The notes under the pieces were generated by a model. It ran no database searches. It saw nothing but the letters and a program-made list of their open reading frames with translations, and was not told the DNA's origin. A stretch of 64,000 bases of DNA from an uncultured Hyphomicrobiales bacterium (GTDB taxonomy: Bacteria > Bacteroidota > Ignavibacteria > Kapaibacteriales > UBA2268): positions 195,658 to 259,657 of the forward strand of contig CAYVVD010000001.1 of the NCBI GenBank assembly GCA_964454975.1, written 5' to 3'. A program made the translations under genes and the position numbers. Positions within the stretch are counted from its first letter, which is position 1, and every line of letters starts with the position of its first letter. Positions 18,100 to 27,867 of the stretch are shown one piece after another.

Positions 18100-19005
18100 A
18101 TGAAAGTTCTCGTCAGCGACGGAATACACCCCAAAGGAGCAGAAATGCTGCGCAATGCCGGCCACGAAGTTATAGAAGAGAAATACTCACCTGATGAATT
18201 ACTCGAAAAGATTTCCGGATTTGATGCAATTATCGTACGTTCCGCTACAAAAGTTCCTAAAGAAGTAATAGATGCAGGCAAGCTGAAATGTATTGCTCGA
18301 GGTGGTGTGGGCTTGGACAATATTGATACAGCTTATGCTAAGGAAAAGGGAATTCCTGTTCTTAATACTCCCGGTGCTTCCTCTATTTCAGTTGCTGAGC
18401 TTGCAATAGCACACATGATGGGTATCGGTCGCTTTTTGCACCGCAGCAAGATGGAGATGATGGATGGTAAATGGCCGAAGAAAGATTATAAAGCGGGGAG
18501 GGAAGTTACCGGCAAAACACTTGGTCTTATTGGAATTGGCAACATCGGTAAAGAAACTGCAAAGCGTGCGCTTGGGCTGCAAATGAAAGTTATAGCTCAT
18601 GATCCTTTTGTTAAAGAGATTGATATGGATATTCGCTTGGTAGATAAAGATGAACTACTTGCAAAGGCTGATTATATATCCCTCCATATACCATTTATTA
18701 AAGAGCAGGGTCCGGTTCTCGCTGAAGCGGAATTTGCAAAAATGAAAGATGGTGTTGTTATTATTAATTGTTCGAGAGGAGGTGTTGTAAAAGAAACCGC
18801 TTTGCTTGATGCTCTAAACAGCGGCAAAGTTGATTATGCTGCAATGGATGTTTATGAAACAGAACCACCTACTGAAGCACAACAGGAATTAATCAAACAT
18901 CCTAACACTGCGGTCACACCACATATTGGCGCTTCAACCAACGAAGCACAGGAACGCGTAGGAACAGAAATAGCACAAAAAGTAATTGACGCATTAGCTA
19001 ACTAA
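18100..19005 (+). CDS. serA: D-3-phosphoglycerate dehydrogenase, short form (2-hydroxyacid dehydrogenase family, no ACT domain)
   Basis: MKVLVSDGIHPKGAEML...GIGNIGKETAKRA (NAD-binding GxGxxG)...HIPFIKE...TPHIGASTNEAQERVG. The serC and DUF1015 neighbourhood supports a SerA role. Confidence 0.8.
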   Translation: MKVLVSDGIHPKGAEMLRNAGHEVIEEKYSPDELLEKISGFDAIIVRSATKVPKEVIDAGKLKCIARGGVGLDNIDTAYAKEKGIPVLNTPGASSISVAELAIAHMMGIGRFLHRSKMEMMDGKWPKKDYKAGREVTGKTLGLIGIGNIGKETAKRALGLQMKVIAHDPFVKEIDMDIRLVDKDELLAKADYISLHIPFIKEQGPVLAEAEFAKMKDGVVIINCSRGGVVKETALLDALNSGKVDYAAMDVYETEPPTEAQQELIKHPNTAVTPHIGASTNEAQERVGTEIAQKVIDALAN

Positions 19006-19014
19006 GGAGGGAAA

Positions 19015-20256
19015 ATGGCTGTTTTTAAACCATTCAGAGCTATCAGGCCAAAACCGGAATTTGCTTCTAATATAGCAGCTCCTCCTTATGATGTGGTTAG
19101 TTCATCTGAGGCGCGTGAGTTTGTTAAAGACAAACCGCTGTCATTTCTTCATGTTGGCAAACCCGAAGTTGACCTGCCCGAAGATATTGACCATTATGAC
19201 AGGCAGGTTTATGAAAAAGGAAGGGAAAATCTTCAAAAGTTGATTGATGACGGCTATTTAGTCGAAGATTCCCAGCCATATTTCTATGTCTATGCCCAGA
19301 CTATGGATGGCAGGACACAATACGGGCTTGTTGGATGCGCTTCTGTAGAAGATTACTGGAATGATATAATTAAGAAGCACGAAAAAACTCGCAAGGTAAA
19401 GGAAGAAGACCGGTGCAACCATGTTCGGGTTACAAATGCCCACTCCGGGCCGATATTCCTGACGTATAAAGATAATGCAGAAATTGATGCAATCATAAGC
19501 CGTGTTATATCCGAACTACCTGAAAATGACCATGTCGCTGAAGATGGTATCAGGCACCAAAGCTGGGTGATCAAAGACACCAGACTAAATTCGAAAATAA
19601 ATGAAATCCTTTCAAACGTTAACGCATTTTATGTAGCCGACGGCCACCACCGATCTGCAGCAGCCGCGATAGTAGGTAAAGAACGCAGGGATGCAAACCC
19701 TAATCACAGGGGAGATGAACACTATAATTTTTTCCTTGCGGTTCTGTTCCCTGCAAGCCAATTGAAAATCCTTGATTACAACCGTGTTGTAAAGGATTTA
19801 AACGGGCACAGCGAATCGGAATTCCTTAAACTTTTAGGCGAAAAGGCAAAACTAACTCCACGTGATGGTGCTTTCAAGCCTTCAAGGAAAGGTGAAGCGG
19901 GCATGTACATTTCAAACCGTTGGTACAGCTTGGCGTTCAACAAAGAATTTCTCGAAATTGAAGATCCCGTTGAAAGCCTGGACGTTGCAATACTCCAGCG
20001 TGAAATTCTCACACCAATACTTGGTATTGATGACCCGCGGACAAGCAACAGGATAGATTTTGTTGGTGGAATTCGTGGGCTGGTAGAGCTTGAGAAACGA
20101 GTCAACTCAGGTGAAATGCAGGTAGCATTTTCGATGTTCCCGACTTCCGTAAAAGAGCTGATGAGTATTGCAGATGCAGGAAAAATTATGCCGCCAAAGT
20201 CGACTTGGTTCGAGCCGAAACTCCGGGATGGGCTATTTGTTCATTTCCTTGATTAA
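19015..20256 (+). CDS. DUF1015-domain protein (conserved partner of serA/serC in FCB-group genomes)
   Basis: MAVFKPFRAIRPKPEFASNIAAPPYDVVSS...YVADGHHRSAAA follows the family pattern. AAGGAGG Shine-Dalgarno site. It starts 10 nt after serA. Confidence 0.75.
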   Translation: MAVFKPFRAIRPKPEFASNIAAPPYDVVSSSEAREFVKDKPLSFLHVGKPEVDLPEDIDHYDRQVYEKGRENLQKLIDDGYLVEDSQPYFYVYAQTMDGRTQYGLVGCASVEDYWNDIIKKHEKTRKVKEEDRCNHVRVTNAHSGPIFLTYKDNAEIDAIISRVISELPENDHVAEDGIRHQSWVIKDTRLNSKINEILSNVNAFYVADGHHRSAAAAIVGKERRDANPNHRGDEHYNFFLAVLFPASQLKILDYNRVVKDLNGHSESEFLKLLGEKAKLTPRDGAFKPSRKGEAGMYISNRWYSLAFNKEFLEIEDPVESLDVAILQREILTPILGIDDPRTSNRIDFVGGIRGLVELEKRVNSGEMQVAFSMFPTSVKELMSIADAGKIMPPKSTWFEPKLRDGLFVHFLD

Positions 20257-20280
20257 GTGTAATAATATAAAATTAATTAA

Positions 20281-20312
20281 AGAGCCGCACGGCCGTGCGG
20301 CTCTTTGTTTTC
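20281..20312. terminator. Strong bidirectional rho-independent terminator
   Basis: GAGCCGCAC ggcc GTGCGGCTC (perfect 9-bp stem) flanked by AAAG... and TTTGTTTTC. It lies between the convergent DUF1015 gene and the cytochrome c peroxidase gene. Confidence 0.8.
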
Positions 20313-21578
20313 TTACTTTCCAAATACAGGTATCAATCCGCTTGGCACCTCATCCGGCACAGTCAATAGCTCTGGATCCAGCATTGAACCATTATCGGTT
20401 AATGATTTCATGAATTCAATTATAGCATCTACCTCATCGCCGGTTAATCCCAAAGGTTTTCTTAAATCCGGGTGTAGCATTTCGTCTGTAACTCCGGGAT
20501 GCCTGGGATTTGCGCCGAGATTATAAAAATCAAGAACTTCTCTTAATGTAGCTAAAGACCCATCGTGCATATATGGTGCTGTCAGCTCTACATTTCTTAG
20601 TGAGGGTGTCCTGAAAGCATATTTATCAAGAGGATCTTTTGTATGTTCCATCCTGCCAAGGTCATCGCCCGGTACCATTCCTTTCCCGGGTCCAATCTGT
20701 TCAACACCCTGGACTACAAAAGAAAAATTACTGAACATCGGCCCCCCATGGCAATTCGAACATTTTGCCTTTCCAAAGAAAAGTTCAAGCCCCTGCCTCT
20801 GTTTGTCCGACAGAGCGTTTTTTTGTCCAAGTACAAACCTGTCATAAGCAGAATTCTTGGTATTTAGCTCCCTTTCATAGGCAGCTACGGCCTTCGCATA
20901 GGTTTCATCATCTATTAAAGATTTCCGCCTGCCTTCGTCATAATCTTTTGCTTCCTGTGGGAAAGCCTGCCTGAAAAAAGAAACATATTCAGGAATAGCC
21001 ATAAGCCTTAAACAAATACTGTCCAGTGCAATTATGGCAGCTTCTTCATCTGTGCCAGGGAAAGCATCACCGCGCATCTCCACACGTGATGTTGGTGGTT
21101 TGGTTGATTGTTCTTCAAGGCTGTTTACCCTTCCATCCCAGAACATGATTCCTTTGTGTGAAGGGACACCATTATCATCAAAATTGTATGCCGTATTGAA
21201 TACTGTAGGAGCGTTACGTGGTACATCTTCAATCTCTTTACCAGTGACAGCAGAATTTGAAATCACCCTGTCAGGGCCAAGGCCAACTCCTGATACGCCT
21301 GCGGAAAGTTTTCTCCCGTCAGCGAAAGCAAAATCGGGGTGGTGGCATGTAGCGCAGGATGCATCTTTTTCTCCTCCTACAATCGGGTCGAAAAACAATA
21401 GTTTTCCGAGATATATGCGGGTCTCATTTTTGGGATTATCAGGTGGATACGGGATTTCTCCAAGAGTCTGCAAATTATACTTTTGCACCAGGTCCGTTTC
21501 AGTATTGGAGGGACCATTTTCCTCTTCGCATGCCCAGAGAATAGCCAACAGAGGAATAAGAAATAAAATACGCCTCAT
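20313..21578 (-). CDS. Di-haem cytochrome c peroxidase (CCP/MauG family) lipoprotein
   Basis: Two CxxCH motifs (CATCHHPDF; CSNCHGGPMF) plus the family's conserved GRMEHTKDP...FRTPSLRNV. The start is taken at ATG 21578 (MRRILFLIPLLAILWAC, lipobox). Confidence 0.85.
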   Translation of the reverse strand: MRRILFLIPLLAILWACEEENGPSNTETDLVQKYNLQTLGEIPYPPDNPKNETRIYLGKLLFFDPIVGGEKDASCATCHHPDFAFADGRKLSAGVSGVGLGPDRVISNSAVTGKEIEDVPRNAPTVFNTAYNFDDNGVPSHKGIMFWDGRVNSLEEQSTKPPTSRVEMRGDAFPGTDEEAAIIALDSICLRLMAIPEYVSFFRQAFPQEAKDYDEGRRKSLIDDETYAKAVAAYERELNTKNSAYDRFVLGQKNALSDKQRQGLELFFGKAKCSNCHGGPMFSNFSFVVQGVEQIGPGKGMVPGDDLGRMEHTKDPLDKYAFRTPSLRNVELTAPYMHDGSLATLREVLDFYNLGANPRHPGVTDEMLHPDLRKPLGLTGDEVDAIIEFMKSLTDNGSMLDPELLTVPDEVPSGLIPVFGK

Positions 21579-21683
21579 CTGATGCCTCTTATGGGTTATT
21601 AGGAACAATTGTATTAAATACAAATATATGTTAAATAGGAGTGAAATTAAAATGAATTGAAAATGAAGGAGGACGTGAAAATC

Positions 21684-22346
21684 CTATCTGATTAATGCTT
21701 TTCTCATTGCAGCAACATTGTCTTTTAAATTTCCTTTAAATAAACCTGAACCGCTTACAAGCATTGTAGCGCCGGCTGATGCAATTTTTGCTGCATTCTC
21801 TATTTTAACTCCTCCGTCAACCTCTATTTCAACATGCTGTAATCCGTTGTCATCAAGAAATGCCCGTAGTTTTTTGCACCTGTTCATGAAAGAGGGAATA
21901 AATTTCTGCCCACCCAATCCGGGGTTAACAGACATTAAAAGAATGAAATCGCAGTACTCTGCGGCTTCATAGCAATACTCAAGAGGAGTAACGGGATTGA
22001 GCGCTATGCCGGCCATAATACCGAAGCTTTTAATTAATGAGAGTGACCGGTGCATGTGGTTCAAAGCCTCGGCATGAACAGAAATATAATTAGCGCCGGC
22101 TTTTACAAAATCTTCGATATAATTATCAGGATTACTAATCATAAGGTGGCAATCAACAGGTAATGAGGAACTTTTGCTTACCGCTTCGGTTATCATAGGG
22201 CCGATAGTGATATTCGGGACAAAATGTCCATCCATAACATCCACGTGCAGAATATCTGCCCCTGCTTCTTCACATGCTATTACTTCTTCGCCAAGCCTGG
22301 CAAAATCACAAGATAACAGTGATGGCAGAATTTTTACTTTATTCAT
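21684..22346 (-). CDS. rpe: Ribulose-phosphate 3-epimerase
   Basis: MNKVKILPSLLSCDFARLGEE...ADILHVDVMDGHFVPNITIGP. Its start overlaps the Lon-like gene's stop (ATGA). Confidence 0.9.
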   Translation of the reverse strand: MNKVKILPSLLSCDFARLGEEVIACEEAGADILHVDVMDGHFVPNITIGPMITEAVSKSSSLPVDCHLMISNPDNYIEDFVKAGANYISVHAEALNHMHRSLSLIKSFGIMAGIALNPVTPLEYCYEAAEYCDFILLMSVNPGLGGQKFIPSFMNRCKKLRAFLDDNGLQHVEIEVDGGVKIENAAKIASAGATMLVSGSGLFKGNLKDNVAAMRKALIR

Positions 22347-24850
22347 TTCTTTGAGTTATTTTTTGCTGTTTTATAAAAAGTATCGAGTTTTTTATTTACT
22401 TCCGCATACAGGCTGCCCGGCGTGTAAGTACCATCCTTCCTAAGCTCCCCGGCTTTTATACCCATAATTATCTCCACACCTTCATCAATGCTCTTAATAG
22501 CCCAGATATGGAATTTACCTTGTTTTACAGCCTCTACGATGCTTGTGCAAAGCATAAGGTCTTTTACATTCTGATGAGGCAATATTACTCCCTGGTCGCC
22601 TGTTAGCCCGCGCTCATCGCAAACTTCAAAAAATCCCCGGATTTTTTCATTTTCTCCGCCAATTGGCTGGATGTCTCCCTTTTGGTTTACCGAACCTGTA
22701 ATGGCAATGTTTTGCTTTATTGGAATTTCGCTGATAGCCGACAGGATAACATATATCTCTGCTGCTGATGCGCTGTCACCGTCAATCCCGCCGTAGGACT
22801 GTTCAAAAGTAATTGAAGCAGTCAATGCTAATGGTCGTTTATAAGCAAATTTTTGTTGCAGGAAGCCGGAGATAATCATCACTCCTTTGTTGTGGATGTT
22901 TCCGCTTAGGTTAGCCTCGCGTTCAATATTGATTATTCCCTTGTTGCCTGCGCTGATGTTTGCTGTTATTCTTGCAGGTTTGCCAAAAGTAATGATTCCA
23001 TTGCTCATCACAGTTAAGCCATTAATCATTCCTATGCGTGAGCCTTCGGTAGATATCAGCATATCGCCGTTTGTGATGTGCAGTTTTGTTTTTTCATCAA
23101 TCAGGTCGTGTCTTCTTCTGCGCCAATTAATTGCCCTGTCAACATCCTGTCTTTGAATCAGGCCGGTTCGGATTTTTTTCATGTAAAATGCAGACTCGCG
23201 TATTATATCCGCTACATCAGAAAATTTGAGAGTAATTCTGTTCTGAGCACCTGCCTCCTCGCATGCCCATTCAACAATCGCTGCAACTCCGTCCGGAGAG
23301 AAATGGGGTAGTTTTTCCTGTGTGCATATTTTATTTACAAACCGCGCGTAATGTTGCAGCATCTTATCGCTTCGTTCGGTCTCGTAGTCGAACTGGGCAT
23401 TGATTTTAAATATTTTCTTGAAGCCCTTTTCATAATTGTAAAGCAGGTTGTAAAGAGTTTGACCGCCAATAATTATTACTTTCACATTCACATCAATCGG
23501 CTCGGGTTTCAGATGCGATTGCGAAACCTGGAAAAATGTATCGGATGGCTGTATCTCAAGTTTATTATAAAGAAGCACTCTTTTAAGCGAAATCCATACA
23601 CCCGGTTCATTGAACAGGTCATCTGCATTTACAATTAAATATCCCTGGTCTGCCTGTAGTAGGGAGCCTGATTTAATCTTAGTGAAATCAGTTCGCCAGA
23701 AACCGCGGTTGTCGTAAACTCTTTCTTTTGTCCCAAACAGGTTGGAATAAGTGGGGTTGCGTTCAATCACTACAGGTGCTGATTTTGTATGTGTGTTGTC
23801 GAGAATTACATTTACAGCGAAGATATCGAATTTTTCAGTGTTAATTTGACCGTTCTCTACTTCTGCGAATTGTGGTATCGGACTCCCGCTTTGGACAAAG
23901 ATTCGGAGGTGATTTAAAATATAGTCCTTTACTTCGGTGATGTACTCCTGAACCTTAGTGTAAGGAAACATTTCAAGCATATCAGTAAATACCGAATCTA
24001 CAATCACATGGGCCGAATCTTTGTCGAGCCTTGAAAGTTCCTTACGGAACTCCTGCATGTTTCTCATGCCCAATCTTACGAGGTCATAAATTTCGTTGTG
24101 GAATTTGCGGTAATACTCCTTTATTTTATCTGCATCTTCCCTTTTTAAATCTCCTTTAATTACCATTTCATCAAGATCGTCAACCTTGACTGGTTTTCCT
24201 TTTACAACCGGGAATACCTCCATCTGTGACTGGCCTTCTTCGTTTTCGAGAGCACCCCGAACAAATCCATAAGGCTTAATTTTTGAATCAAATTCGCTTA
24301 GTAATTCTATTTCCCTTTCCTGGAATTCTTCAACGAGTTTTTTCTTTAATTTCTGATAATTGTCCTCTTCGAAATATTTAGGCAGACGTTGGCGAAGGAA
24401 GTTGATCTTGTCATCCATCTCATTTGCAAATATCCTGCCCTTGCCTCGCTGCAATCTAAGCAGCCTTGGCTGGTCCGGTTTAGCAAAATTATGAACAAAG
24501 CAGAAATCAAATACTTCGGGATTGCGAGATGTTACATCCTGAAGTATTTTCTTGACTGTTGTCAGCCTTCCAGTACCTGAAATTCCTGTAACGAAAATAT
24601 TATAACCGATTGCAAACAACTCGGAACCGATTCGAATGGCTTCAATAGCCCGCTCCTGGCCTACTATGTCTTCGAGCGGTTTTAGATTTTCCGTTGATTT
24701 GAATTTAAATTTTGAATTGGGGCAAACCCAGCGTAGTCTGTTGGTGCTCACTGAGAATTTGGTATTTATTGTGTCCGGGCTGATTGACTTAAGGTTTACT
24801 TCACTTTTTTGGGGCATTTCCGTACCGCTTTTTGATTTCAATATAATCAA
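22343..24850 (-). CDS. Lon-like ATP-dependent protease (COG1067/LonB-LonC type): AAA+ ATPase plus C-terminal S16 Lon proteolytic domain
   Basis: Walker A NIFVTGISGTGRLTTV. C-terminal Lon protease domain with catalytic Ser in GGIDGDSASAAE and Lys in GSVNQKGDIQPIGG. TTG start at 24850, or ATG at 24817. Confidence 0.8.
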   Translation of the reverse strand: MIILKSKSGTEMPQKSEVNLKSISPDTINTKFSVSTNRLRWVCPNSKFKFKSTENLKPLEDIVGQERAIEAIRIGSELFAIGYNIFVTGISGTGRLTTVKKILQDVTSRNPEVFDFCFVHNFAKPDQPRLLRLQRGKGRIFANEMDDKINFLRQRLPKYFEEDNYQKLKKKLVEEFQEREIELLSEFDSKIKPYGFVRGALENEEGQSQMEVFPVVKGKPVKVDDLDEMVIKGDLKREDADKIKEYYRKFHNEIYDLVRLGMRNMQEFRKELSRLDKDSAHVIVDSVFTDMLEMFPYTKVQEYITEVKDYILNHLRIFVQSGSPIPQFAEVENGQINTEKFDIFAVNVILDNTHTKSAPVVIERNPTYSNLFGTKERVYDNRGFWRTDFTKIKSGSLLQADQGYLIVNADDLFNEPGVWISLKRVLLYNKLEIQPSDTFFQVSQSHLKPEPIDVNVKVIIIGGQTLYNLLYNYEKGFKKIFKINAQFDYETERSDKMLQHYARFVNKICTQEKLPHFSPDGVAAIVEWACEEAGAQNRITLKFSDVADIIRESAFYMKKIRTGLIQRQDVDRAINWRRRRHDLIDEKTKLHITNGDMLISTEGSRIGMINGLTVMSNGIITFGKPARITANISAGNKGIINIEREANLSGNIHNKGVMIISGFLQQKFAYKRPLALTASITFEQSYGGIDGDSASAAEIYVILSAISEIPIKQNIAITGSVNQKGDIQPIGGENEKIRGFFEVCDERGLTGDQGVILPHQNVKDLMLCTSIVEAVKQGKFHIWAIKSIDEGVEIIMGIKAGELRKDGTYTPGSLYAEVNKKLDTFYKTAKNNSKK

Positions 24851-25401
24851 AATCTGTAACCTACACCTACACCACCCGCAAACATCAATCCTTTGCGGTT
24901 CCTGAAATTTGTAAACCCATTGTTATTTTCAGAATAATATACGAATCCTGCATCAAAGTTAATGGCAACGCGCTCGAGTACTAATATTTCCAGGCCAAAT
25001 CCCGGCCCTACGGTAAAAGTACGTTCTATCGTTTTCTCATAAGATTCATCTACAACAGTCATTTCTGACAATATATAGTAATAATCATTATCCTCCCAAT
25101 ACATAAGGCTGGCTCCGAAAATGGCATAAAACCGTGTTTCTTTCATCTTGATGAGGTCATATTGTGATTCAGCGCCATAGCTGATAAACCACTCGCTGTA
25201 ATTATCCTCTTCCCAGTATGTTACAACGCCTGTGGTTTTGATGCGCCAGTCTTTTACTAATTCCCGCTGATAACTAATGCCTATACCGGAGAACAAAGAA
25301 GCAGAAAGTCCCAACATATTCTTCTTGAAATTGTCTTCTGCATCCTGTGCCGATACAATACAGATTGGAATTAACACTAATAAAACAACTAACTTTTTCA
25401 T
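24847..25401 (-). CDS. Small outer-membrane beta-barrel protein (OmpA-TM/OmpW-like 8-strand barrel)
   Basis: Signal peptide, alternating amphipathic beta-strands rich in aromatic residues, and a C-terminal ...GVGVGYRF ending in Phe. Its stop overlaps the Lon-like start codon. Confidence 0.5.
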   Translation of the reverse strand: MKKLVVLLVLIPICIVSAQDAEDNFKKNMLGLSASLFSGIGISYQRELVKDWRIKTTGVVTYWEEDNYSEWFISYGAESQYDLIKMKETRFYAIFGASLMYWEDNDYYYILSEMTVVDESYEKTIERTFTVGPGFGLEILVLERVAINFDAGFVYYSENNNGFTNFRNRKGLMFAGGVGVGYRF

Positions 25402-25489
25402 TTTTCACCCCGTTGATGAAGTATTTATTTATTGAACGTGGAATTAATCAGAAAGTTCACTCTTAATAGTTTCCGGGGTTATAAAAGCG

Positions 25490-26833
25490 TTATTTCTCCC
25501 TGAAGGAATCCGCAATTTCGTAGAAAGTCTCACGGTACTTATCAAATTTGGACTGGTAGGACCACAGATAAATACTGTGAAAATGAGTTTCAGATTCGAG
25601 ACAAGTATAGATGTAACTAATCTTCACCTTGTCTATCGTGCCCCGTAGCTCCACCTGGTATGCATCATATCCGTTCACGGTGGTTTCATCTATTTCGTCA
25701 TAATCCATGTTTTCAAGGGAAAGGGTAAAATTGTCGAAAATCAGGTGGAAATATTCATCAAGGGTGATATTGTCAAAATCAACTTTTGCTTCTGAAATAA
25801 GGATGCAGTATATCTCCTGCGATTCATCGCCGATTTCGATGGAAGCGTCATCATTAAGCTCAATCTCTTCCCAACCGGGGGGGACGTTGATGCTTGTCAG
25901 TCCGTCTTCCGAACTAAACACCATATACTCGCCATCAGGATCATAGCTTGTGAACATATCTTTAATTGATTCCCATTCTTCAAGAGCTTCTGCAAGTTCA
26001 GCTTCAAAATCAAAAACAGCACTACCCAGGTTCTCAAAAACTAACTGAGGTTCTCCATCGGGAAATATGAAATTTTTCATTGCTTCGGATTCCGTGATGT
26101 CCTCCATGCCTTCATCAGCATCAAGCGATTTATTCTTCTTGGCCATTTCTTCCCAGAACTCTTCAGATTTTTCAAGAGAATCGAGGCCGTTCACAATCTG
26201 CATTCCTTCGAATGCAAATGTAAATGAGTTTTCTTTACCGACACTTACAGACTGCATGCTTTGTACTTTAGCCATAGGGGAAAATTGCATTGTTGTAGAG
26301 AATCGCATGTCGGCAAATATCAGCGACATCATATTCTTCATGAATTTGAATGTCTTTTTATTCTCAAGTATTTTGTCTTTGAAGAAATCTTCATCTTCAG
26401 CAATTACAACATCCTCATTTTCTTCACTTTCCATTTCATCTTTATCATCGCTTGCCATCTTTACCAGTGTAGTTCCATCTTCCTGTTCAATAAGCAAGGG
26501 CCTTAGAAATAAATTTTCACCACCAAGAGCGTTCATATCCCTGAAATATCCCATGCCGGTTATTATCAGGCTCGATGAATCTTCAGACAATCTCCAGTTA
26601 AGCCCCTTCCAGGCATCAATTCCATTGATTTCAGAAATAAATCCGACAAACTCCTTCTTGGCTTCTTCCTCTATTGTTTCTGGATCAGAATTGCCAAAAG
26701 GATTTAACGGCATCTGCGCCCGAAACTCCAATTTACCAGTACCGTCGGGATTTATGTAATACTTGTTATCGGATTCGATACACGATGAAAGAAGTGCGAT
26801 TGATAATGCAAGGTATAACCAATGTACTTTCAT
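25490..26833 (-). CDS. Acidic lipoprotein of unknown function (447 aa, D/E-rich)
   Basis: Lipobox LALSIALLSSC|IE. No recognisable domain. It sits upstream in the same orientation as the OMP and Lon-like protease. Confidence 0.5.
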   Translation of the reverse strand: MKVHWLYLALSIALLSSCIESDNKYYINPDGTGKLEFRAQMPLNPFGNSDPETIEEEAKKEFVGFISEINGIDAWKGLNWRLSEDSSSLIITGMGYFRDMNALGGENLFLRPLLIEQEDGTTLVKMASDDKDEMESEENEDVVIAEDEDFFKDKILENKKTFKFMKNMMSLIFADMRFSTTMQFSPMAKVQSMQSVSVGKENSFTFAFEGMQIVNGLDSLEKSEEFWEEMAKKNKSLDADEGMEDITESEAMKNFIFPDGEPQLVFENLGSAVFDFEAELAEALEEWESIKDMFTSYDPDGEYMVFSSEDGLTSINVPPGWEEIELNDDASIEIGDESQEIYCILISEAKVDFDNITLDEYFHLIFDNFTLSLENMDYDEIDETTVNGYDAYQVELRGTIDKVKISYIYTCLESETHFHSIYLWSYQSKFDKYRETFYEIADSFREK

Positions 26834-27008
26834 TATATGCCTGATTTATTTAGAATAATACGCAAAATAGCAGATTAATTCAAAACTAAGAATAAAAATA
26901 ATTGCATTATTATTCCTAATTAATTCTCCTCATTTTTAGAGTACTATTATTTAGTAATTTTACAACTCTAAAATTAATTTATTTTCATTTTCATGTATTG
27001 GAGTTAAT

Positions 27009-27854
27009 ATGAAAAAATTAATATTGCTGTTCATTATGTCGTCCGGAATAATGATTTTTTCACAAGATAAGGCAGATTCATTGCTCAATAAATGGATACC
27101 CATGGGAGTTGCCGGGCTTAACATTAGCCAGGTCGCATTCAGCAACTGGTCCCAAGGTGGTGAAGATGCCGTAACTTATACAATCGTGGGAAATTTCAGC
27201 CTGGACTACAAGTCTGAAACTTTTGCTTTTACAAATGCTCTTAAGCTTGCCTATGGCCAGACAAAGCTTGGCGAAGATGATTTCAGAACTAATGACAATG
27301 AGCTTTATCTTGAAACTGTATATTCACGCAGAATTGGCTGGATAGTTGATCCATATGTCAGTAATCTTGTACGTTCATCTCTATCAGCCGGCTATAAAAA
27401 TGTTAATGATTCGATGGTGGAAATTGCAAATTTCTTCGATCCTGGCTATATAACTCAATCAGTCGGTTTTACTTATGATAAAGTTGAAGGATTCAAATCC
27501 CGGCTCGGTGCTGCTTTCCAGGAAACTTTTACAAGCGAGCACACTCAATACAGCGACGACAAGAAAACTATAGATGAATTAGAAAAATTCAAATTCGAGA
27601 CTGGTATTGAATCAGTAACTGATGTTTCCTGGAATTTCATGGAAAACATGGTTTATAAAAGCAAGCTAAGACTGTTTACACGATTTGAGGCAATGGATGT
27701 ATGGGATGTGCGCTGGGACAACGTTATCAGCGCCAAAGTAAATGATATTATTGTTGTCAACCTGAATGTGCTTGTTGTATATGAGCAGGCGCAATCACTT
27801 AGAACTCAAATCAAAGAAGCACTTCAACTCGGAATTACTTATACATTGTTTTAA
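27009..27854 (+). CDS. DUF3078-like outer-membrane-associated protein
   Basis: Signal peptide. The motif GLNISQVAFSNWSQGGEDAVTY is as in DUF3078. A beta-rich, aromatic-ending (...GITYTLF) profile suggests a barrel. GGAG Shine-Dalgarno site. Confidence 0.5.
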   Translation: MKKLILLFIMSSGIMIFSQDKADSLLNKWIPMGVAGLNISQVAFSNWSQGGEDAVTYTIVGNFSLDYKSETFAFTNALKLAYGQTKLGEDDFRTNDNELYLETVYSRRIGWIVDPYVSNLVRSSLSAGYKNVNDSMVEIANFFDPGYITQSVGFTYDKVEGFKSRLGAAFQETFTSEHTQYSDDKKTIDELEKFKFETGIESVTDVSWNFMENMVYKSKLRLFTRFEAMDVWDVRWDNVISAKVNDIIVVNLNVLVVYEQAQSLRTQIKEALQLGITYTLF

Positions 27855-27867
27855 TTAAGGGGGTATA

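Noticed and set aside
21034-21582. 182-aa + strand ORF
   Set aside because: It is antisense to the di-haem cytochrome c peroxidase gene, which has both CxxCH motifs in frame.
22343-24850. Possible BREX (BrxL) defence system, because the protease is Lon-like
   Set aside because: No pglX methyltransferase, pglZ phosphatase, brxC ATPase or brxA/B genes are anywhere in the window. The protease is flanked by rpe and an OMP, so it is a standalone COG1067 protease rather than BrxL.
26067-26759. 230-aa and 81-aa + strand ORFs
   Set aside because: They are antisense to the acidic lipoprotein gene. Their serine-rich low-complexity translation is an artefact of the GA-rich coding strand.
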